Assembly: GCA_023248535.1 (NCBI GenBank) | Contig: JAHFEJ010000009.1 | Coordinates: 1-57,936, forward strand | Reading direction: 5' to 3' | From: Nitrospinales bacterium | GTDB taxonomy: Bacteria > Nitrospinota_A > UBA7883 > JACRGQ01 | Length of the DNA: 57,936 nucleotides | Shown here: in pieces, positions 38,910 to 49,263 of the stretch | How positions within the stretch are numbered: the first letter of the stretch is position 1 | How the letters are laid out: each line of letters begins with the position of its first letter | Made by a program: the position numbers and the translations under genes | Notes under the pieces: model-generated | What the model was told of the DNA's origin: nothing | The model's database searches: none | What the model saw: the letters and a program-made list of their open reading frames with translations, nothing else

Positions 38910-39700
38910 TAATAATCCATCAGCAGTTGGAATGATACGGTTGGCTTAAGGTTTGAGTTGGCGTACATGTCATAGGCCATGATTAATCTAACACCGGGCT
39001 GCAGCAGATACCCCGCCCCAAGGTTCATTGAAGCATAGCGGTTTTTTCCCAGAAGGCCGTCGGCGGCGAACCACCATTTCTTGTTCAATTGGTACTCAAT
39101 AGATGCCATCGGGCCGCTGCTGCTGGCTTGGCCGGTTTCATCCACCAGTACGCTGCCGCTGCCGCTATAAAATCCGCCTTGAACGCGCCATGATCCGAAA
39201 AAACTTTTTGATGCGGCAAGGTACATGATATTGGCGGCGGTGGCATCCCCCTTGCCGCCATAATCAAGTATCCCCACGGCGATGCCAGGAAAGTAATCCG
39301 AGAAGAAAGCTCCTTCGTGTACGGCAAATTTAAGGTTGAAAAAGAGTGGGCTGTCGGCCGCTGCGGGAATGCTGCCGTTCAGGTCGCGGTAATCGAGGCC
39401 GATTTCCATTCCCCATGATTTACCGACTGTGTATGGAATCAACCCGTACGTGACGCCGTAATTGATCAGGTTCCACCCGCCATCTGCGCTTTTCTTCATG
39501 AAGGTGTTGTATGTTTCAACATCGAAGCGGGCTGCGCCGTATTCCAGCACATTCGTACTCGGCACGGCGATTACCCGGCTTGGTGTGGCCGATGCGGTTC
39601 CGGCGCAAAACATTATCAATCCCAGCATTAAAAAAATCAACCGTGCTCCCGCTTCGCCAAAATGCGCTCTGGGACGGTTTGCCGCACGCGTTTTGCTCAT
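38909..39700 (-). CDS. hypothetical exported protein, probable small outer-membrane beta-barrel
   Basis: Signal peptide 'ARLIFLMLGLIMFCAGTASA'. Gly/Tyr-rich alternating strands and a C-terminal '...FQLLMDY'. The start is chosen at ATG 39700; the ORF is open back to 39787. Confidence 0.5.
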   Translation of the reverse strand: MSKTRAANRPRAHFGEAGARLIFLMLGLIMFCAGTASATPSRVIAVPSTNVLEYGAARFDVETYNTFMKKSADGGWNLINYGVTYGLIPYTVGKSWGMEIGLDYRDLNGSIPAAADSPLFFNLKFAVHEGAFFSDYFPGIAVGILDYGGKGDATAANIMYLAASKSFFGSWRVQGGFYSGSGSVLVDETGQASSSGPMASIEYQLNKKWWFAADGLLGKNRYASMNLGAGYLLQPGVRLIMAYDMYANSNLKPTVSFQLLMDY

Positions 39701-39818
39701 GTCCGGTATCCTTTTCAATGGCGGTGATGGAAGTTCCGTCAGCCCAGGTTCCGCAATCATCCTAGCCGTTAACCGGGGGTTTGACAACCGGGCGCCTCCC
39801 CCCTAAACTGTTCCCTCT

Positions 39819-40736
39819 ATGACAGCCCCTAAAAGTGATTTTATCTGGATGGACGGCGCGCTGGTTCCCTGGGATCAGGCAAACGTGCATCTGTTGACCC
39901 ATACGCTGCATTATGGCACCGGCGTGTTTGAAGGGGTGCGCTGTTACAAAACCGTCAAAGGCCCCGCCGTGTTCCGCCACCGCGAACATATAGAGCGTTT
40001 GGCCGCCTCGGCGCACATTCTGGGCTATGAGCTTCCCTATACCGTGGAAGAGTTGATGGGGGCGGTACGTCTCACCATCCGCGAAAACAGGCTGGAAGAG
40101 TGCTACATCCGGCCCATTGCCTGGCTTGGAACCGAAAACAGGGGGCTGAACCCGAAGGGGCTGAAAGTGCATGTGGGCGTGGCGGTCTGGCCGTGGGGAA
40201 AATATTTGGGGGACGACGCCGCCAACAGCGGCATCCGCGTGACGGTGAGTTCTTTTACCCGGCATCACCCGAACATCACGATGAGCAAAGCCAAAGCAAC
40301 CGGCATTTACATCAATTCCGTGCTGGCGAAGCAGGAGGCGGTAAGGATGGGATTTGATGAGGCGATTCTGCTGGATCCGTTCGGCAACGTAGCCGAAGGA
40401 AGCGGCGAGAATATCTTTGTCGTTCGTAACGGCAAGATCAAAACTCCCCCGGCGATCAGCGTGCTGGAAGGGATCACCCGTGACAGCGTGATGCGCATCG
40501 CGTCCGATCTGGACATACCGTTGGTGGAGCAGCTCTTCCCGCGCGACGAAATGTATATTGCCGACGAGATATTCCTTACCGGCACCGCCGCCGAAATCAC
40601 CCCCGTGCGCGAAGTGGATCACCGGAAGGTGGGACGCGGCACTGTGGGGGCTGTGACCCGCAAAATTTATGATACATTCTTCGATGCAATCCATGGACGG
40701 AACGAAAAGTACCTCGACTGGCTTGACATTTTGTAA
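39819..40736 (+). CDS. ilvE: branched-chain amino-acid aminotransferase
   Basis: 'IWMDGALVPWDQANVHLLTHTLHYGTGVFEGVRCY', 'YIRPIAW', 'KAKATGIYINSVLAKQEA' and 'EGSGENIFVV'. Confidence 0.93.
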   Translation: MTAPKSDFIWMDGALVPWDQANVHLLTHTLHYGTGVFEGVRCYKTVKGPAVFRHREHIERLAASAHILGYELPYTVEELMGAVRLTIRENRLEECYIRPIAWLGTENRGLNPKGLKVHVGVAVWPWGKYLGDDAANSGIRVTVSSFTRHHPNITMSKAKATGIYINSVLAKQEAVRMGFDEAILLDPFGNVAEGSGENIFVVRNGKIKTPPAISVLEGITRDSVMRIASDLDIPLVEQLFPRDEMYIADEIFLTGTAAEITPVREVDHRKVGRGTVGAVTRKIYDTFFDAIHGRNEKYLDWLDIL

Positions 40737-40781
40737 TCCGGTCTTATCCTTATTTCATATACAATTTAGGAGACATGGCAG

Positions 40782-41015
40782 ATGCCCATTTACGAATATC
40801 AATGTCCCAAGTGCGCCACCGCCAAGGAGCTGCAACACGGCATGTCAGAATCCCCCAAAGTGAAATGTCCCTCCTGCCGCGTATCCATGAAGCGCGTGAT
40901 TTCCGTTAACTCCTTTCAGCTTAAAGGGGAAGGCTGGTTTAAGACTTCCGGCAGCTATTCTAAAAAAACCGGCGGCGAAAAAGCTGTCACCACCGCCAAG
41001 AAGGCCGAAGCTTGA
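40782..41015 (+). CDS. FmdB-family zinc-ribbon protein
   Basis: 'MPIYEYQCPKC...KCPSC' is the CxxC-x-CxxC regulatory zinc-ribbon signature. Confidence 0.85.
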   Translation: MPIYEYQCPKCATAKELQHGMSESPKVKCPSCRVSMKRVISVNSFQLKGEGWFKTSGSYSKKTGGEKAVTTAKKAEA

Positions 41016-41485
41016 TGGCCATGCGGCTAGTGAAAAACCGGTTGCTGTCTTTGTCCGCCGCGGCCATTATTATGTTTGCGGCGCCGGCCCACGCTGTGAA
41101 GCCGCAACCCCCCGTCACCGTTGTTTGCAGCACAGTGAGTAACAAGGATTTCGTGTATACGGCGGAGTGCCTTGTGGAGTCCCATGGCGATCGCATACCT
41201 GCCCACGTCAGCCTAACCTCCATGCAGGATAAGGGAACCCTCATCGCCAAGTACAATACGGCGGCCACAAATGGCTTAGGCAAATGGACGATCGTTTTTG
41301 AGGCCCATGAGCAAAAGCCGCTTCCGGTTTATTTTGATGTGCACTATCCGGATGGAACGGTCATCCGTGCCACCGGGATATACGATCCCTACGGTGTTTT
41401 GGCCAAGCCGAAATCCATCGCGCCTTCCGGCGTGGTGAATAAGAAAAATGGTGTTGGGGGGGTAAAGGAATACCCCTCTAACTAG
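41015..41485 (+). CDS. hypothetical exported protein
   Basis: The start overlaps the FmdB stop. Signal peptide 'RLLSLSAAAIIMFAAPAHA'. No family recognised. Confidence 0.5.
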   Translation: MAMRLVKNRLLSLSAAAIIMFAAPAHAVKPQPPVTVVCSTVSNKDFVYTAECLVESHGDRIPAHVSLTSMQDKGTLIAKYNTAATNGLGKWTIVFEAHEQKPLPVYFDVHYPDGTVIRATGIYDPYGVLAKPKSIAPSGVVNKKNGVGGVKEYPSN

Positions 41486-41528
41486 CGCCTTTTTTTCTTC
41501 TTCGTTTTTTCTGATGTAAAGTAACCGT

Positions 41529-42731
41529 ATGGATACGCTTGTCCGCGCGGGGATTTTATATCCCGTCACCTCTCCCCCTATCGAAAACGGGTGGTTGCTT
41601 TTGCGTGGCGGGCGGATTGTCCGTTTCGGCGGCGGCGCGCCCCCCCGCGCGGATGGAATAATCGACCTCGCCGGATATCTTGTCATGCCGGGTTTCGTTA
41701 ATACCCATTCCCATTTGCAGTTCACCGCCGCGCGCGGAAAAATGCCAAACCACGATTTTATCGAGTGGGTTCGGGCGGCGATAGCCTATTCGTCAAAAAT
41801 CTCCGTAAATGAAATGTTGCGTGGAGTTGAAGAAGGGGTGGAGGAACTTCTTGCCAGCGGAACGACGGCGGTGGGGGATATTGCCAGCCATCCAACGGTG
41901 GCGGAAAAGGTGGCACGGAGTTCCTTGCGGGCGGTGGTGTTCGCGGAGGCCCTTGCGCCTAATGAAACTGGCGGAGAACAGGCGTGGCGGCACTGTCTCG
42001 ATTTTTTGGAAGTGGCCAGGAATGCCGGTGGGCGGGTGGGCCTTGCGCCCCATGGCCCGCATACTGTTGCTCCCCAACTTTTTGCGGCCTTTTTCCGGTA
42101 TGCGCGGGAACGGGACATTCCCATTACCTCCCATGTTGCGGAATCGCCGGAGGAAAATCGTTTCATTGGGACGGGGGAGGGGCCATTTCTCGATCTGCTG
42201 CAAAACCGGGGTACGCTTGCGAATGGTTTCAATGGCTATGGGAAAAGCCCGGTCATGTTGATACGGCAGCAGGGGGCATTGCGGCATTTGATCGCGGCGC
42301 ATTTGAACGAGGTGGATGAGGAGGATGTTGCGGCGCTGGTGGCGGAGAAGGCGATCCCGGTTTTTTGCCCCGGCTCGTCCCGCTGGTTTGGCCGGAAGAA
42401 GGTGATGCCCCTGGATCGTTTCTTCGAAGCGGGGCTTGCGCCTTGTCTTGGCACCGATTCGGCGGCGAGCAACGGTTCCCTTTCTATGCTGGATGAGTTG
42501 CGCGCGGCGAGAGGATATTTTGATAGCATTCCGCTTGAGCGTCTGGTGGAGGCGGCCACCATGAACGGCGCGCGGGCGCTGGGCCTGGAATGCGGCGCGC
42601 TAGAGCCGGGGCGGTGGGCTGATATCGCCGCTTTTCCCGTCCGGAACGGCTTGCCGCTGGATGCGGTTTTTACCGCCAAGGAAGCGGCTTTCGTGATGGT
42701 TGGGGGGAAGGTGATGCGAAATACCGCTTGA
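41529..42731 (+). CDS. amidohydrolase-superfamily protein (chlorohydrolase / aminodeoxyfutalosine-deaminase-like)
   Basis: 'VMPGFVNTHSHLQF' metal-binding HxH, 'HVAES' and 'GTDS'. Confidence 0.7.
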   Translation: MDTLVRAGILYPVTSPPIENGWLLLRGGRIVRFGGGAPPRADGIIDLAGYLVMPGFVNTHSHLQFTAARGKMPNHDFIEWVRAAIAYSSKISVNEMLRGVEEGVEELLASGTTAVGDIASHPTVAEKVARSSLRAVVFAEALAPNETGGEQAWRHCLDFLEVARNAGGRVGLAPHGPHTVAPQLFAAFFRYARERDIPITSHVAESPEENRFIGTGEGPFLDLLQNRGTLANGFNGYGKSPVMLIRQQGALRHLIAAHLNEVDEEDVAALVAEKAIPVFCPGSSRWFGRKKVMPLDRFFEAGLAPCLGTDSAASNGSLSMLDELRAARGYFDSIPLERLVEAATMNGARALGLECGALEPGRWADIAAFPVRNGLPLDAVFTAKEAAFVMVGGKVMRNTA

Positions 42732-42787
42732 ATTTGCCGGGGGTATTTCCTATAACGGCTAATGCATATCCAAAGGAGTCACAGGTG

Positions 42788-43827
<1,040 letters not shown>

Positions 43828-43831
<4 letters not shown>

Positions 43832-44394
43832 CCGGGGATCAGGAACAAAAAGGGCCTGTGGAAGATCAGGCGGCATCGGAGTTTTTGCCACAGCCCGAAG
43901 CGGCAGCCGCCGGCAAGGAGGCATTGGAGGCCGCGGTGGAAAAGCTCCGCTACGATTTGTTGCTGCAACGCGCGGATTTTGAAAATACCCGCAAGCGTCT
44001 TGAACGGCAGAAGGAAGAGGATGTGAAGTACGCCGCCATGCCGATGGCGCGCGAGTTGGTGACCGTGCTTGATACGCTGGAGATAGCCCTTACCCATGCC
44101 ACGGCCGACGACCCGATGCGGCAAGGGGTGGGGATGGTGTTTGACAGTTTTCTTAAAACGCTGGAGCAGTTCAACGTCCGGAGGATAGATGCGGCGGGAC
44201 AGCCGTTCGATCCAAAGCTGCATGAAGCAATCGGGATGCTGGCCGACCCATCGAAGCCCGACAATACCGTTTTATCGGTGCAACGCCCCGGCTATATGCT
44301 TCACGACCGGCTGTTGCGTCCCGCCGGAGTGTTGGTCAATCACCTTCCGCATCACTCTGAAGCTCAAGCTGATGGGAATCCGAAGACGGAATAA
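43828..44394 (+). CDS. grpE: nucleotide exchange factor GrpE
   Basis: ATGA overlap with hrcA. Contains 'LLLQRADFENTRKRLERQ', 'FDPKLHEAI' and 'PGYMLHDRLLRPAGVLV'. Confidence 0.92.
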
Positions 44395-45070
44395 TCACCA
44401 CCATTTCCCCCTTAAGGCGGGCCCCTTTAATGGGGGCCTTGATCTCTGCGGGGGTGCCCCGCAAAAATTCTTCGTGAATTTTCGTCAATTCACGCGCCAC
44501 CACTATCCGCCGCTCCGGCATGATCTGCTCCAGTTCATCCAGCAATTTGGCGATGCGGTGCGTACTTTCAAATATCACCACCGTCCGCGGTTCCGCGGCG
44601 AGGCGCTTCAGTGCGTTCATCCGCCGGCCGCTTTTTACAGGCAAAAACCCCTCAAATGTGAAGGAGGAGGTATCAAGTCCGCTGCCGCTTAATCCGGCCA
44701 GCAGCGCGGAAGCGCCCGGCACCGGTATCACCTGTATGCCGTGGGTTATGGCGCGGCGTACTACCTTCACGGCGGGATCGCTAATGCCGGGAGTCCCGGC
44801 GTCCGTGATGAGCGCAACGGTTTTCCCTTCCAGCAGCAAATGCAGCAATGTTTCGGCCCGTTGGTGTTCCTTCGGCCCGAAGTAACTCACCATCCGCTTG
44901 GGTCCGACGGCGTAGTGATCCAGCAGCCGCTTGCTGGTCCGGGTATCCTCGGCGGCAATGACATCCGCCGCTTTGAGTATCTCCACGGCGCGGTAGGTCA
45001 TGTCTCCCAGATTGCCAATGGGAGTGGCTACAAGATAAAGTGTGCCATGCAGGTTTGGATTTGAGTTCAT
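44336..45070 (-). CDS. rsmI: 16S rRNA (cytidine1402-2'-O)-methyltransferase RsmI
   Basis: 'GTLYLVATPIGNLGDMTYRAVEILKAADVIAAEDTR', 'FESTHR'. The start is ATG 45070 or 45091. Confidence 0.9.
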   Translation of the reverse strand: MNSNPNLHGTLYLVATPIGNLGDMTYRAVEILKAADVIAAEDTRTSKRLLDHYAVGPKRMVSYFGPKEHQRAETLLHLLLEGKTVALITDAGTPGISDPAVKVVRRAITHGIQVIPVPGASALLAGLSGSGLDTSSFTFEGFLPVKSGRRMNALKRLAAEPRTVVIFESTHRIAKLLDELEQIMPERRIVVARELTKIHEEFLRGTPAEIKAPIKGARLKGEMVVIIPSSDSHQLELQSDAEGD

Positions 45071-45112
45071 GTTCCAATATAATACGGCCAACCAGAGGAG
45101 TTGTAAAAGGGA

Positions 45113-46225
45113 ATGACACCGGAAGAGAAGCTGTTTTTAAAATATGAAAAAGCCCGTATTTTCATTGTCGGCTTCATTCCCCCCGAATTCAAACTGTTAA
45201 AGGCGTACTTTCACGGCAAGCATATCACCGGCATCACCGAAGCGCGCGATGCCGATACGGCCTTCAGCAAGCTGGAGCTTTCCGCCTTCCATTTTCTTTT
45301 CATCAACGTGGATTTGTACAATAACCATACCCTCTTGGAGCGGGTGGTGGATACCGCCCGTTTTGCCAATACGCCGATTTTTGTTTTTTCAAAAACTCCG
45401 CTGGTGTACCAGTACAGCTATGAAAAACGAAAAATAAAGGGAGCCTTCTGCCGCCTGCCGGTGAACATTAACGAAATGGAAAAAAGCCTTCTGGGAATAT
45501 TGAAAGAAGGGAAGGTCGAGAGAAGCCAGACCGGTAATCTGGCGGGAATGTTGCAACATTACACCCTGGGCTGCAAGGCGATGGAAATGGGAAATCTAAC
45601 GGATGCAAAGGAACATCTGCGGCAGGCGCTGAAAGAGGATCCGAAGTTTTTCGACGGTTACCTGAAGATGGCCGACGTGCTGACGGCGCAGGAGGATTAC
45701 GATACCGCCTTGCGGGTGCTGGCGAAAGCGAATGAGATACAGCCCAATGACGCGCGCGTGTTCTTCAAAATGGGGATGGTGCAGCTGGCGAAAGGGGACA
45801 AGTCAGCCGCCATGGATCTCTTCAAAAAAGCGATTGCCCTGGAGCCGCGCAACATAAAGCTCATCATGGATTGCGGCAACGCGTTTCTGGAAAAGAACCA
45901 CATCGACGAAGCGCTTTATTTTTTCAATATGGCCAAGGATCAGTCGCCCGACTTTATTTATGCCTACAATCGTATTGGCATAGCCCTAAGCCGCGCGGGA
46001 CGCTTTGACGAGGCGGAGGAGAGTTACAATCACGCCTTGAAGCTGGACGAGAGCGACCCCGGCATCTATTTCAACCTTGGTATGATGTGGATGCGCCAGG
46101 GGAAGAACGATAAGGCGGTCGAAAAGTTCAAGCAGGCGCTTGTGCTTGATGCGGAAATGCATGAAGCGCGCGAAATGATGGATAAAATCACCAAAGTTGA
46201 ACAGCCCGCTCCTGCCAAAGGGTGA
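45113..46225 (+). CDS. TPR-repeat protein with degenerate N-terminal receiver-like domain
   Basis: Residues ~15-120 show a receiver-like beta-alpha pattern ('RIFIVGF', 'FLFINVDL', 'PIFVFSK'), followed by at least five TPR units ('ALKEDPKFFDGYLKMADVL...'). Confidence 0.7.
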   Translation: MTPEEKLFLKYEKARIFIVGFIPPEFKLLKAYFHGKHITGITEARDADTAFSKLELSAFHFLFINVDLYNNHTLLERVVDTARFANTPIFVFSKTPLVYQYSYEKRKIKGAFCRLPVNINEMEKSLLGILKEGKVERSQTGNLAGMLQHYTLGCKAMEMGNLTDAKEHLRQALKEDPKFFDGYLKMADVLTAQEDYDTALRVLAKANEIQPNDARVFFKMGMVQLAKGDKSAAMDLFKKAIALEPRNIKLIMDCGNAFLEKNHIDEALYFFNMAKDQSPDFIYAYNRIGIALSRAGRFDEAEESYNHALKLDESDPGIYFNLGMMWMRQGKNDKAVEKFKQALVLDAEMHEAREMMDKITKVEQPAPAKG

Positions 46226-46369
46226 AAAGTTGCCTTATCTTCGTGGAGGTGTTTTGCGGCGGCCATCATGCGGAACCGTCGGGGGAAAATTTTTACAGCG
46301 CAGGATTCTCTGGAAAATCCCTAAAAATCCTTGAATATTCAGGTTTCACCATATAGACTCAAGCGCATT

Positions 46370-47314
46370 ATGAAAACAGGGAAAATCGCGTTTGTGTTCC
46401 CCGGCCAGGGGGCGCAGGCTGTTGGAATGGGCAAAGATTTGGCCCACAATTGCCCACCCGTGGGCGGCCTGATGGAATCCGCCTCCGCCGCCATCGGCAT
46501 TGACCTTGGCAAGCTCTGTTACGAGGGGCCGGAGGATCAGTTGGCCCAGACTCAAAACACCCAACCGGCGTTATTCACTGTTGGGGCGATGGCGCTTGCC
46601 GCCTTCCGCGCGCGCAGCAACGTGCAGCCCGATTTTGTGGCCGGCCACTCATTGGGCGAGTTCACGGCGCTATATGCCGCCAACGCGCTTTCTTTTGAAG
46701 ATGCGGTGAACATTGTGCGGCGGCGCGGCCTCTACATGAGCGAGGCCCGCGGCGGCGGTATGGCAGCGGTGCTGGGGCTGGACGCGGCTGCCATTGAAGA
46801 CGTTTGCCGCCAAATGAGCGATGCACCGGGGGCGTTGCAACCGGCCAACTACAACGGCGATGCGCAAACGGTTATCGCCGGCCGGAAGGATCTGATAGAA
46901 AAAGCCGTTCCCATTTTGCAGGAGCGCGGCGCCAAGAAAGTGGTCGTATTAAACGTCAGCGCCGCTTTTCATTCCCCGTTCATGAATGATGCCGCCGTCC
47001 GTTTATCAGCCGACCTGGATAAGCTGAAATTCAACGATCCCGCGGTGCCGCTGATCAACAATGTCGACGCCAAACCGGTTTCGGCCGCGGCCGAAGCCCG
47101 CGAAGGGGTGAAGAGGCAGGTGACCGGCGCGGTGCGATGGACGGGTGTGATGAAGGCGATGCTTGATAACGGGGTACAAACGGTAATAGAATTTGGAATC
47201 GGCAGAACCCTCATCGGAATGTTCAAGCGGATTGATAAAAACCTGACACTGTGCAACGTGGAAGACCTTGCCAGTTTGGAAAAAACGCTGGAGGTGCTCA
47301 ATCAAAACGCTTAG
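46370..47314 (+). CDS. fabD: malonyl CoA-ACP transacylase
   Basis: 'IAFVFPGQGAQAVGMG', active site 'AGHSLGEF', 'VSAAFHS'. Confidence 0.93.
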   Translation: MKTGKIAFVFPGQGAQAVGMGKDLAHNCPPVGGLMESASAAIGIDLGKLCYEGPEDQLAQTQNTQPALFTVGAMALAAFRARSNVQPDFVAGHSLGEFTALYAANALSFEDAVNIVRRRGLYMSEARGGGMAAVLGLDAAAIEDVCRQMSDAPGALQPANYNGDAQTVIAGRKDLIEKAVPILQERGAKKVVVLNVSAAFHSPFMNDAAVRLSADLDKLKFNDPAVPLINNVDAKPVSAAAEAREGVKRQVTGAVRWTGVMKAMLDNGVQTVIEFGIGRTLIGMFKRIDKNLTLCNVEDLASLEKTLEVLNQNA

Positions 47315-48041
47315 CGGAAAGGTTGCCCTGGTAACCGGGGCTTCGCGGGGAATTGGCAAGGAGATCGCCATTGCGTTGGCCGAGGCGGGAGCCGATGTTT
47401 TCATCACCTACAATGCCTCGCCCGCCGATGGCGTGGTTGAGGCCATCCGCGCCCAAGGTGTGCGTGGGGAGCAGGCGCAATTGAACGTGGCGGATGGCGT
47501 CCGGTGCGAGGACGTGGTGAAGGAGTGCATCGAAAAGCTGGGCGGTTTGGACATCCTGGTGAATAACGCCGGGATTACCAAAGACGGCCTGCTGATGCGG
47601 ATGAAAGATGCCGACTGGGACGAGGTGCTGGACACCAACCTGAAAGGCGCGTTCAACATGACCCGCGCTGTTTCGCGCCCGATGATGAAGAAACGCACCG
47701 GGAGGATTATCAATATCGGTTCGGTGGTTGGCGCCACCGGCAACGCCGGACAGGCGAATTATGCCGCCAGCAAAGCGGGCCAGGAGGGGCTTACAAGGGC
47801 TGTGGCGAAGGAACTTGCCAGCCGGAATATTTTGGTGAACCTTGTCGCTCCAGGATATATAGTTACCGAAATGACCGATGTTTTAAGCGAAGATGTGAAG
47901 AAAGCCGTGCTGGAATCAATTCCGGTGAAACGGTTCGGCTCAACGCGTGATGTGGCGAACACGGTGGTGTTTCTCGCCTCCGACGCGGCGGGTTATATCA
48001 CCGGCCAGGTGCTGCACGTAAATGGCGGAATGTACATGTAA
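47268..48041 (+). CDS. fabG: 3-oxoacyl-ACP reductase
   Basis: 'GKVALVTGASRGIGKEIA', 'NNAGIT', 'YAASKAG', 'GQVLHVNGGMYM'. The only canonical in-frame start upstream of the Rossmann motif is TTG 47268, which overlaps fabD by 47 nt, so the start is uncertain. Confidence 0.88.
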   Translation: MPVWKKRWRCSIKTLSGKVALVTGASRGIGKEIAIALAEAGADVFITYNASPADGVVEAIRAQGVRGEQAQLNVADGVRCEDVVKECIEKLGGLDILVNNAGITKDGLLMRMKDADWDEVLDTNLKGAFNMTRAVSRPMMKKRTGRIINIGSVVGATGNAGQANYAASKAGQEGLTRAVAKELASRNILVNLVAPGYIVTEMTDVLSEDVKKAVLESIPVKRFGSTRDVANTVVFLASDAAGYITGQVLHVNGGMYM

Positions 48042-48086
48042 GGGCCGTAGCCCCTCACTAAACCTAATATTATTGGAGAAGTTGCA

Positions 48087-49190
48087 ATGAACAAAAAAGC
48101 GGTGGGCATGGCGGTGGCCGTGTTGTTCGTGATCGGCCTCGTTTTTGTGTCCTTCCTTGATTCCAGCCAGACGCCTGCGGCGGCGGCTGAAGGGAAGGGG
48201 GCTTCCAAGGCGGCTCCGGCTACGTCTCCTGCTCCGGCCCCTGCGCCGGGCGCTGCTCCCGCCCCGGCCCCTGTTAAAGAAGTAACTTATGATCCGAAAA
48301 AGCTTCCTAAAGTGATTGGAACGGTGGGCGGGGTGGAATTAAACAAGGCTATCTTCGAAAAGGTTCTCGAGAATCTGATCAAACAGATGCAATCGCATGG
48401 CCAACCCCTTACGGAAGATTGGCTCAAGAATGCCCAAAAACAGGTGGTTGACCGGATGGTGACCGCCGAAGTGCTTTATCAGGAAGCGGCAGCCCAAAAA
48501 ATTAAGGCGGACGACAAGGAAGTCCTGGATCAGATGGACAAAATCGCCAAATCTTTCCCCTCGCCGGAAGAGTACAAAAAAGGGTTGAAGGAGCAGGGAG
48601 TCAATGAAAAAGACTTGAAACGGGATATTGGCAAGAATCTCGCCATCCGCCGCCTGCTTGACGAAAAAGTCACCAACTCATTAAAAGTGGAAGAGGCTGA
48701 AGCAAAGAAGTACTACGACGAACATACCAAGGACTTCGACCGCCCTGAAATGGTGAAAGCGCGTCACATCATCCTGTTGGTGGACAAAGGCGCCGATGAA
48801 GCCAAGAAAGCCGAAATAAAAAAGAAGATGGAAGGAATCCAGGCGGAACTCAAGGCCGGGGCGAAATTCGAAGACCTTGCCAAGAAAAATTCACAGGATG
48901 GCAGCGCTGAACATGGCGGCGACCTCGGCTTCTTCCCCAAAGGGGCGATGGTGAAGGAATTTGAAGAGGCGGTATGGAACATGAAGCCGGGCGAAGTGAG
49001 CGGCATCGTTACCACCCCGTTCGGCCTGCACCTCATCAAGTTCGAGGAACGTAAGGCGCCCGGCTCCATCCCGTATGCGGAGATGAAAGATGACCTGATC
49101 CGCGGCCTTGAATCGCAGAAGAAGGGGGATGCGGTGAAAAACTACATCGAAACCCTGAAGGCAAAGGCAAAAGTAAAGATCAACATCTGA
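48087..49190 (+). CDS. membrane-anchored PpiC-type peptidyl-prolyl isomerase (PrsA/SurA-like)
   Basis: N-terminal TM helix and an Ala/Pro-rich linker. Parvulin core 'ARHILL...GGDLGFFPKGAMVKEFEEAVW...TPFGLHLIK'. Confidence 0.88.
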   Translation: MNKKAVGMAVAVLFVIGLVFVSFLDSSQTPAAAAEGKGASKAAPATSPAPAPAPGAAPAPAPVKEVTYDPKKLPKVIGTVGGVELNKAIFEKVLENLIKQMQSHGQPLTEDWLKNAQKQVVDRMVTAEVLYQEAAAQKIKADDKEVLDQMDKIAKSFPSPEEYKKGLKEQGVNEKDLKRDIGKNLAIRRLLDEKVTNSLKVEEAEAKKYYDEHTKDFDRPEMVKARHIILLVDKGADEAKKAEIKKKMEGIQAELKAGAKFEDLAKKNSQDGSAEHGGDLGFFPKGAMVKEFEEAVWNMKPGEVSGIVTTPFGLHLIKFEERKAPGSIPYAEMKDDLIRGLESQKKGDAVKNYIETLKAKAKVKINI

Positions 49191-49201
49191 CCCGGTAATG
49201 C

Positions 49202-49238
49202 GGCGGCGGGCTTTCCAGTCCGCCGCCTTTCTTTTTTT
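49202..49238 (+). terminator. intrinsic terminator
   Basis: GGCGGCGG (49202-49209) / CCGCCGCC (49220-49227) form an 8-bp GC stem, followed by TTTCTTTTTTT. Confidence 0.8.
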
Positions 49239-49263
49239 CAAAGATACCCGCTATGATTGAACC

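Noticed and set aside
48180-48270. Repetitive GC-rich stretch (gctccggc / ccggcccctg recurrences)
   Set aside because: It encodes the Ala/Pro-rich linker ('PATSPAPAPAPGAAPAPAPV') of the membrane-anchored PPIase. This is low-complexity coding sequence, not a CRISPR array, REP element or tandem-repeat element.
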